Notes under the pieces: model-generated | Told to the model about the DNA's origin: nothing | Seen by the model: the letters and a program-made list of their open reading frames with translations, nothing else | Database searches by the model: none | Position numbers and translations under genes: made by a program | Shown: positions 30,418 to 38,900 of the stretch, piece after piece | Layout of the letters: every line of letters starts with the position of its first letter | Position numbering within the stretch: position 1 is the stretch's first letter | Assembly (NCBI GenBank): GCA_050177605.1 | Contig: JBFXGX010000009.1 | Location: 24,919-64,298, forward strand | Origin: Candidatus Izemoplasmatales bacterium | Lineage (GTDB): Bacteria > Bacillota_I > Bacilli_A > Izemoplasmatales > Hujiaoplasmataceae | Reading direction: 5' to 3' | Length of the DNA stretch: 39,380 nucleotides

Positions 30418-32701
30418 ATCATGGGTTAAAAAAATATTCTTAAGTCTCGCACTTATTCTTTCCATCCTCACCAGTTATTTTGTCTATGCTAGCGGTGTGA
30501 ATTCCCGTATTCTGAGTGATTCGCTCACGGCGGATGCTATGGTACTTGATGATACCTATCTTTCCAGCAATGCCTTTACGAAAGAAGACGATTTAAGTAT
30601 TGTGGATAACTTCTTGGATATCCCTAGTTCTTATTTACTCGTGGGTGAAAACGATTATTATAAGCTTTATATGGAAGAAGGAAGCTACGCTATTCGCCTT
30701 TACAATAAAGCTGATGGATTTATCTATGGTTCTAGCATTTCAACCAAAGATGACAATCTTGAATACTTTAATACAACCTGGGAAGGGATTGTGAATAGTG
30801 CTGTTACCATTAAGTATTATTCTTATAACGATACGACTGGAGTGTATACTTCTGTTGAGGAAAGCTTCTTAAAGAGTAGTTTATCAACTTCAACGTATGA
30901 AAGAGTGAATAATGGATTCCGCGCTCATCTTTATTTTGGAGAGTCTGGCATCTCACTCGATCTTTTAGTTTATTTAACTGACAGTTACTTGGTTGTAGAA
31001 ATTCCAAATGATTCGATTGAGGAAACTGGACAGTACCTACTTCGTAGCATAAAAACTTATCCATTCCTCGGGGCTGTATATTCTAACTCTGTACCTGGAT
31101 ATATCTTGGTTCCAGATGGCAGTGGTGCACTGATTCGTTATCAACCAATCGATGTACTAACTGATATTTATGAATTCCGTTATTATGGTCAAGATAATAG
31201 TATCCAAGCAGAATTAAATAGCGAGCCAACGATTGCTTTTCCTGTTTCAGGAATGGTTCTCGGCATTAATCAACATGGATTTATTTCCATTGTGGAAGAC
31301 GGGGCAGCGTTTGCTAGTTTAGTCGTCAGTCCTGCAAAAAACAACCTAAAATATTATTATACGTACAACGAATTTTTATATCGAAGTCTTTATCAAACGC
31401 CTTTATCAGAGTCTGATGCATCCGCCGCAGGTGGAAGACTGGTAACTGAAGATAACATGAATACATGCAATGTTGTCTTAAAATATCAGTTCTTAACTGG
31501 AGAAGATGCTAATTATGTTGGAATGGCGAGTGCCTATCAATCTTATTTATTGGATTCAGAACTTGTGGTTGATAGAGTGAGTGATGCTTCTAAAAGCGGA
31601 GTCTTCTTTGAAGTCATCGGCTCAGAGAAAAAAGAAGGATTTATTTTTAATGAATATTTAAATATGACGGATTATAGTGCATTAAAATCAATTCTTTCGA
31701 AGATGGATGAGGAGGGAATTGGTGTAACAGTTTCTTATCTTGGTTATACGTCCTCTGGCACGACGTCAACGCCATTATCGATTACCAGTTTATCTTCCAA
31801 ACTTGGCAGTCTTTCCGAGTTAAAAGATTTAATTAGTTATGCATCGAGCAAAGGCATGGATTTATATTTATATACAGACCCAATGACAGTTTACAGTGAC
31901 GCTCGTTTTAGTATTTATCAAGATATTGCGAAAAGAGTGAATCAAAATTTATTAACCTCTGAAGGGCTCACCAAGATGATGTATTTTGCTTCTCCAAGTG
32001 TTTCCTCTCAAAGTTTATTAGATTCCGTTCAATATTTACAAAAACAAGAGATTTCTATGGTGTCGCTTGGAAGCATAGGTAATACGCTCTATTCAGATTA
32101 TACAAATCAGTCAAATGTGATTGACAGAAGTGAAGCAATCAAGATTTACGTTGATGCGCTTAGTCAAAGCACAGATACGACGTTCTTGATTTATCAAAGT
32201 AATCTCTATACGTTAAAGTATTCAACTAGTTATTTATTAACACCTTCAAGTTCTTCAAGATACCGAATTTATTCAGATACTGTACCGTTTGTGCCTTATG
32301 TACTAAGTTCCGTCTTGGATAAATACTCGAGTTTCCAAAACTTTGGATCGTCTTCTAAGTATGAACTGTTAAGAATGGTTGATTTTGGAATTTATCCATC
32401 TTATATCATTACGGAAGCCTCTGCCTATCTTTTCCAAGATACCGAACTGAAACAAATTTATTCGAGTAGTTTCTCAACTTGGAGAGAGAAAATCGTGAGC
32501 GATTATCTCTTCGTGAGCGCTGCCTTAGATCATGTAATCAATGCATCGGTTGTTTCAAGAAGTTATATCGATTTAGGTGTTTATGAAATACTTTATTCTA
32601 CGGGAGTAAAAATCATCGTCAATTATTCTTCAAGAACGATTGACTTAAGTGATGGAATTGTTCTTCCTAGTAGTTATCTGGTGGTGATACCTGATGCGTA
32701 A
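30407..32701 (+). CDS. DUF5696-like extracytoplasmic protein
   Basis: N-terminal hydrophobic anchor; PFLGA...GYILVPDGSGALI, ANYVGMASAYQSYL and final GVKIIVNYS motifs as recalled for DUF5696 proteins of such loci. Start GTG 30407, after AAGGAGG. Confidence 0.75.
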   Translation: MSSKSWVKKIFLSLALILSILTSYFVYASGVNSRILSDSLTADAMVLDDTYLSSNAFTKEDDLSIVDNFLDIPSSYLLVGENDYYKLYMEEGSYAIRLYNKADGFIYGSSISTKDDNLEYFNTTWEGIVNSAVTIKYYSYNDTTGVYTSVEESFLKSSLSTSTYERVNNGFRAHLYFGESGISLDLLVYLTDSYLVVEIPNDSIEETGQYLLRSIKTYPFLGAVYSNSVPGYILVPDGSGALIRYQPIDVLTDIYEFRYYGQDNSIQAELNSEPTIAFPVSGMVLGINQHGFISIVEDGAAFASLVVSPAKNNLKYYYTYNEFLYRSLYQTPLSESDASAAGGRLVTEDNMNTCNVVLKYQFLTGEDANYVGMASAYQSYLLDSELVVDRVSDASKSGVFFEVIGSEKKEGFIFNEYLNMTDYSALKSILSKMDEEGIGVTVSYLGYTSSGTTSTPLSITSLSSKLGSLSELKDLISYASSKGMDLYLYTDPMTVYSDARFSIYQDIAKRVNQNLLTSEGLTKMMYFASPSVSSQSLLDSVQYLQKQEISMVSLGSIGNTLYSDYTNQSNVIDRSEAIKIYVDALSQSTDTTFLIYQSNLYTLKYSTSYLLTPSSSSRYRIYSDTVPFVPYVLSSVLDKYSSFQNFGSSSKYELLRMVDFGIYPSYIITEASAYLFQDTELKQIYSSSFSTWREKIVSDYLFVSAALDHVINASVVSRSYIDLGVYEILYSTGVKIIVNYSSRTIDLSDGIVLPSSYLVVIPDA

Positions 32702-33575
32702 AAAACCACTGAATCGTTTTAAAAGACAAAATCGTGTTGGATGGTCTTTCTTATCAATTTGGACGATTGGATTCTTAGTTTTTACAATGTGGCCAATCTT
32801 TACATCCTTTTATTATTCTATGTCGCACGTGGTGCTAGACGGAAGTGGAATTCAAGTAACTTTCGTATGGTTTGATAATTATAAACAAGTCTTTTCAAGT
32901 GCAGAAGGATTTAGTTTCTTGCAAAGTGTTAGTGACTTCGCGATTGAAATCTTGTTTAAAGTACCAATTATTACCGTCTTTGCGATTATTATTGCGGTGA
33001 TGTTAAATCAACCGCTCAAAGGGCGAAGTCTCTTTAGAGCCATTTATTTCTTGCCTGTAATCATTGCCTCAGGGCCAGTCATCAATCAACTTGTTTATCA
33101 AGGTGCCGCAACGATTCCGATTGTGGAACAAATGGGGATTATTAGTTTTATTGAATCCACATTCACCGAAACACTTGCAAGACCGATTGCGAATATCTTC
33201 TCTGAACTGATTGTTATTCTTTGGTTCTCCGGAGTTCAAATATTATTATTTATTGCCGCCTTGCAAAAAATAGACAGGTCTACTTATGAGGCTGCCATGA
33301 TTGATGGGGCAGGTCCTTGGGAATCTTTCTGGAAGATTACAATTCCAGCATTAAAATCAATGGTCTTGGTTTCGATTATATTTACAATTATTAATCTTGC
33401 GACCTTCTCTGAAAATCCGGCCATCTTGCATATTAAAAACAACATGTTTGCGCTCGAAACTGGGTTTGGATTTAGTTCCGCAATCGCATGGTTATACTTT
33501 ATAGCTTTAGCCATTTTACTTGGACTCTCAACGCTTCTTTTTGGAACCTTTACAAGAGAAAGGGGGCGAAGATGA
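32694..33575 (+). CDS. Carbohydrate ABC permease (MalF-like, second pair)
   Basis: FRAIYFLPVII and EAA loop STYEAAMIDGAGPWESFWKITIP. Confidence 0.92.
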   Translation: MRKKPLNRFKRQNRVGWSFLSIWTIGFLVFTMWPIFTSFYYSMSHVVLDGSGIQVTFVWFDNYKQVFSSAEGFSFLQSVSDFAIEILFKVPIITVFAIIIAVMLNQPLKGRSLFRAIYFLPVIIASGPVINQLVYQGAATIPIVEQMGIISFIESTFTETLARPIANIFSELIVILWFSGVQILLFIAALQKIDRSTYEAAMIDGAGPWESFWKITIPALKSMVLVSIIFTIINLATFSENPAILHIKNNMFALETGFGFSSAIAWLYFIALAILLGLSTLLFGTFTRERGRR

Positions 33576-34489
33576 TGAAACTCTCTAAACAGAAAATCAA
33601 ACATTTCTTGATGGGGAAAACCTTCAATGAAGGCTTTATTGGAAAAACAGCGATTTATTTGTTATTACTGATTATCGGCTTTGTCTATTTCTTCCCAGTA
33701 TTAAAAATGTTTACGTATTCAATTAAAGATTTAAGTGATCTCGTGAACCCGACTGTACAGTGGATACCAACCAAGATTTATCTTGAAAACTATCGAACAA
33801 GTTTTATCGTTTTAAATTATGGTAAAACATTACTGTTTAGTTTAGCGGTGACTTTGATTCCAGCGGTATTACAAACGATTACGACAAGTCTTACAGGGTA
33901 TGCATTAGCGAAGTTTAGAATCAAAGGAAAAGCTGTGATTTTTGTACTCATCTTCATCACCTATCTTGTGCCAACACAAGTGTATATGATTCCTCGCTTC
34001 GTTTTATTTGACAAACTAGGGATTTTATCGAGTGCATGGTCGATTATTTTTCCAGCAACTTTTGGACAAGGTTTATCGAGTGCTATCTTCATTTTAATCT
34101 TTTATCAATTCTTTAGGATGCAGCCAATTGCCTTGGATGAATCCGCTGAAATTGATGGGGCAAACGATTATCAAATATTTATGAGAATCGGTGTTCCTTT
34201 AGCTAGCCCTGCTTACCTTACAGCGTTCTTATTCTCGTTTGTATGGTATTGGAATGAAACATATATTTCAAGTTTATTCCTTGGCAGTGATTTATACACA
34301 TTACAACTTAAGTTACTTAACTTCAACTCACAGTTTAATTTGTCTTCAGGATTAACACAAACTGCGGTCAATGAAGCCATTAAGTATAGTGCTACAATTT
34401 TAATCATTCTCCCAGTACTCATTGTCTACATTATCATGCAAAAAGGATTCGTAGAAGGTATTGATCGTACTGGTGTGACTGGTGAATAG
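33572..34489 (+). CDS. Carbohydrate ABC permease (MalG-like, second pair)
   Basis: GYALAKF, LDESAEIDGA, FVWYWNE and QKGFVEGIDRTG motifs. Start ATG 33572 or 33575. Confidence 0.92.
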   Translation: MMKLSKQKIKHFLMGKTFNEGFIGKTAIYLLLLIIGFVYFFPVLKMFTYSIKDLSDLVNPTVQWIPTKIYLENYRTSFIVLNYGKTLLFSLAVTLIPAVLQTITTSLTGYALAKFRIKGKAVIFVLIFITYLVPTQVYMIPRFVLFDKLGILSSAWSIIFPATFGQGLSSAIFILIFYQFFRMQPIALDESAEIDGANDYQIFMRIGVPLASPAYLTAFLFSFVWYWNETYISSLFLGSDLYTLQLKLLNFNSQFNLSSGLTQTAVNEAIKYSATILIILPVLIVYIIMQKGFVEGIDRTGVTGE

Positions 34490-34491
34490 AG

Positions 34492-35919
34492 GTGAAATTT
34501 ATTAAAAAGATACTATCGTTATTACTGTTTCTACTCCTAGGAACAGCACTCAGTGCTTGTGGGGTGACTAGTGATACAAGCACAGCAACAACTACCACCA
34601 CGACTTCAGGAAGTATTTCTGATACGACTTCTTTATCAGAAGAAGGATATGTTTATGATCCGCTTGAAGTTGATAGTTTTATTTTAAATGAGGAAAGATT
34701 ATCCTTTAAGTTTTTCTGGGAAGTCGTCAATGGTGATCCAGAATCAAACGGTTATGGCATGGTGAGTGACCGTTATAATACCGCCACTAACTCTTATGGA
34801 GATGCTTCAATTGCGTCTGTAGGATTCGCTTTAGCTGCGATTCCTGCAGGGATTGAAAATGATTGGATTTCGTATTATGAAGGTTATGACAGAGTCTCAC
34901 GTACATTAACGACGATTGAAAATATGCAAAGAACTCATGGTTTTTTCTACCATTTCGTATCCATGGATACTGCTATGAGAAGCGGCACCACAGAAGTTTC
35001 GATCATTGACACAGCATTAATGCTTTGTGGCATGATCGTGGCTGGCGAATATTTTGGTGGGGAAATCAAAGATAGAGTCAATGCAATTTATCAAGCAGTC
35101 GAATGGAATTGGTATTACAATACGGACAGACAAATGTTTTATATGGGATACAAACCTGAAACAGGATTTGCAGGATACTGGGATTCCTACGCTGAACAAT
35201 TAATGATTTATGTTCTTGCGGCAGCGAGTGAAAACTATTCCGTTGGGAAAGAAGCTTATTATATGATGAAAGCCAATTCTCAAAGAAAACAGTACGGCAC
35301 AAGTGATTTCTTCTATGTATCTTATCCTGGAACGCTGTTTACGTATCAATACAGTCACGCTTATCTAGATTTTAGAACAGCATTTGACAGGGATAATATC
35401 AATTGGTTTAACAATTCTATTCAAGCAAGTATCGCGGCATATGATTATGCACAGTTCCAAAGTGCAAATTATAAGACTTACTCAACTGTTTCTTGGGGAA
35501 ACACTGCATCTGATGGTCCGGATGGTTACAGAGCGTACGGAAACTTCCCAGCAGCAGGTACGATTTATGTCGATGGTACGCTCGCTCCAGCAGGAGCGAT
35601 TGGTTCACTTCCTTTTGTACCAAATTTAGTACTTCCAGCGATGGCTTATTATGAATCACTTGAGAACTTACAAAGTAAATACGGCTACGTCGATGCTTTT
35701 AATCTTGGATTAACAGATACAGCCAGTGCGTCGATTATTCGTCCAGTTCGTCCAATTCCTTTGGATGGATGGTATGACACAGACGTGATTGGAATCGATA
35801 AAGGAATATCACTCTTAATGATTGAAAATTATCGATCGGGTTTAATTTGGTATTACATGATGCAAAGTGAAATTGTTCAAAATGGATATGAAGCTTTAGA
35901 AATACAAGTTTTAAGTTAG
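34492..35919 (+). CDS. GH144-like endo-beta-1,2-glucanase, lipoprotein
   Basis: Lipobox LSAC and Thr-rich linker; ASIASVGFAL, GFFYHF, EVSIIDT, YAEQL, LFTYQYSHAYLDFR and IGIDKG motifs. Clear paralog of 17412-18650. Confidence 0.82.
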   Translation: MKFIKKILSLLLFLLLGTALSACGVTSDTSTATTTTTTSGSISDTTSLSEEGYVYDPLEVDSFILNEERLSFKFFWEVVNGDPESNGYGMVSDRYNTATNSYGDASIASVGFALAAIPAGIENDWISYYEGYDRVSRTLTTIENMQRTHGFFYHFVSMDTAMRSGTTEVSIIDTALMLCGMIVAGEYFGGEIKDRVNAIYQAVEWNWYYNTDRQMFYMGYKPETGFAGYWDSYAEQLMIYVLAAASENYSVGKEAYYMMKANSQRKQYGTSDFFYVSYPGTLFTYQYSHAYLDFRTAFDRDNINWFNNSIQASIAAYDYAQFQSANYKTYSTVSWGNTASDGPDGYRAYGNFPAAGTIYVDGTLAPAGAIGSLPFVPNLVLPAMAYYESLENLQSKYGYVDAFNLGLTDTASASIIRPVRPIPLDGWYDTDVIGIDKGISLLMIENYRSGLIWYYMMQSEIVQNGYEALEIQVLS

Positions 35920-35999
35920 GTGAATCCAATTCACATGAATTGATTTAAATAGATATTTTTAAAACAAAAAATAGATAAAAGGAGGAACAAATTTTTAAA

Positions 36000-38900
36000 A
36001 TGAAAGCAAAACGTATTTTCTTATTTGTTGTGGCTTTATCATTCGCATTCGCGTTAGCGGCATGTACAGAAGACACAACACCAACAACAAGTACGACAAC
36101 AACAACGACGACTACAACGACAACGACGACTTCTACCACAACTACGGCTGGTCTTGCCCATTTAAGCATTATCAATGGTTGGACTGATGGCGGCGACGGT
36201 GTCAACACAATTACTCAAAGTGATACACAGTTAAGCGTAACTTATGATAAACAAGGTTTCGCATGGGCAAATATGGTATATCCAATTACTGAAGACTTAT
36301 CAGTCTACAATAAATTAGTGTTTACCATTTCTGGTTCAGGCACATTACTTGTGAAGATTCAAGGCGCAACTGAATCCTTTGAAGTTTCAATTCAATTAAC
36401 TGCTGGCGCAGTCACTTATCAATTAAATCTACGTGATTATGATCAATTCTTAGGTGGCGTTACAGGTGTTTACCTTTTTGCAGGACCTGGTAAAGCAGAC
36501 GGAACTGGTAATTTTACAATTACTAATTTCGCATTTGATGAAGGAACAGCTTACGGTACAGTCTTAGAAAATGGCGACTCCAATATTCCTACAAACGAAT
36601 TAGAATATGATGGTAGTGGTGTTCCATTTGAATTCAAAACTGGATTCGTAGACAATGGCGACGGCTGCTATACTATCGACAAATCTGGCACAAACCCTAT
36701 CGTTTCTTATACAAAAGCTGCTGGTTTTGAATGGGCTTATATGGTCGCTACGATTCGTGGTAACTTCTCAGATTTTGATTACATCGTCTTAAATCTTAAA
36801 GGTGTTACTGCTGGTTCTGTTATTTTTAAAGCTGAATTAAGTAGTTCAGTCAAAGATGAAGTTTCAATTTCATTTGAAGCTGGAGAAGAAGTTACAGCTG
36901 TGATTGATGTCAGTGCTTGGACAGACGAACAACTTGATGCCTTAACGAAAATTTTAATTTTCGCAGCAGGCGGAAGTGCATCTGCTTCAGGACAATTCGA
37001 AATATTAAGTGCTTATTTCGCTACAGAATCTCCAATTGAAGAACCTAATTATAACTTTACAACTGGTTGGGTAGAAAACGATCCTTCAACATACGCGATT
37101 ACAGATAATACAGACGGTACTGTTACAGTTGCTTATACAAAAGCCGCTGGACAAAGCTGGGTATTCATGAAAAACGAATTTGACGCTGAAGGCGCAGCTG
37201 GATTTAATACTCTTACTTTCGTTGTACAAGGTACAGCTGGTGAATCGATTTTAATTAAACCAAATGATAGTGGTGCTTTAGAACAAACAATTACATTTGA
37301 TGGAACAGAACAAACTGTTGTTGTAACAGCTTATTCATTTACAAAGATGTTAATCTTCGCAATGCCTGGTACTGAATCCGTTAGTGGAACATTTACAATT
37401 CTTTCTGCGAAATTAACTTATGTTGAACCAGATGCATTAGATGCTTCTGTCGTTTATGACTTCAACAGCAACTGGGTTGCTAATGATGAAGGCGTTTATA
37501 CCTTCTCAACAACCGATGGTGTAGTGACAGTTTCTTGGGATAGAACAGCAGAACAAAACTGGTCATACATCAAAAATGTATTCCTAGATAACCTAGCTAA
37601 CCATGATACAATCGAAATGGTTGTTAGAGGTACTGCAGGCGATCAAATTATCATTAAGCCAAATGATAACGGCGCTTACGAACAAACAATTACCTTCACT
37701 GGTGAAGATCAAGTTGTGACATTCACATTAACAGATACACCTACGAAAGTTTTAATTTTCGTTGATCCTCTTAATGCATCACTTACAGGTTCATTCGAAA
37801 TCGTATCTGCTAAAGTTGTTGCTTCAACAACAGGAATCTTTGATTTTACAAAGACTTTCTCTGAAAATGATGCGGACACTTATGCGATTAGCATCTTAGG
37901 TGGCGGCGATGTTCAAGTTGATTATACAAAAGCAGCTGGACAAGGCTGGGTATTTATGTCAAGTGTCTTCGAAGCAGCTAAAGTTGAAGGTTTAAATACG
38001 ATGACATTAGTTGTTCAAGGAACTGCTGGAGAATCTATTTTATTAAAACCAAATGATTTAGGTGCTTTAGAACAAACAGTTACTTTTGATGGAACAGAAC
38101 AAACAATCGTAATTACTTATGCGGCGTTTACAAAATTAATTATCTTCGCAATGCCTGGAACTGAAAGTGTTTCTGGAACATTCAAGATATTAAGCGCAAC
38201 ATTAACTTATATTGAACCTAATTATGATTTCACTACTGGTTGGGTAGAAAATGATGCTTCAACGTATGCATTTACTGAAAATGCAGATGGATCAGTGACA
38301 GTAGATTATACAAAAGCAGCTGGACAAAGCTGGGTATTTATGAAAAATACATTTACTGTAGACGCTGAAGGATTTAATACCTTAACATTTACAGTACAAG
38401 GTACTTCAGGGAATTCTATTTTAATTAAACCAAACGATAACGGTGCTTTAGAACAAACAATTACATTTGATGGTACTGTTCAAACGGTTGTGGTAAGTGC
38501 AACAGCATTTACAAACATGATTATCTTCGCAATGCCTGGAACAGAATCAGTAAGTGGATCCTTTACGATTCTTTCCGCTAAATTAACTTATATCGCTCCA
38601 GATGCAGTTGACCCTTGGGTTGATGTGACATTTGGTAATGTTTGGGTTGATAAAGACGGTGGAATCTTTACATTCACAACGGTTGCGGATGGTGTTCAAG
38701 TTGACTTTAACAAACCTGTGATTAATGACTGGCAATATTTCTACCTAGATGTAGAAGAAAACTTAAGCCGTCATGATACATTAACGATCGTTGTCAATGG
38801 TACAGTTGGTCAACAAATCTTAATTAAACCAAATGATAATGGTGCTTACGAACAAACAGTAACATTCACTGGTGAAGATCAAACATTAACATTTACTTTG

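Noticed and set aside
35923..35945. Hairpin CAATTCA-CA-TGAATTG as a terminator between the GH144-like gene and the repeat lipoprotein
   Set aside because: Short AU-rich stem, minimal loop and no proper U-tract; too weak to call.
35945..36208. 87-aa minus-strand poly-Val ORF (likewise 21996-22250 and 39113-39358)
   Set aside because: Antisense shadows of Thr-rich or repeat coding regions on the plus strand.
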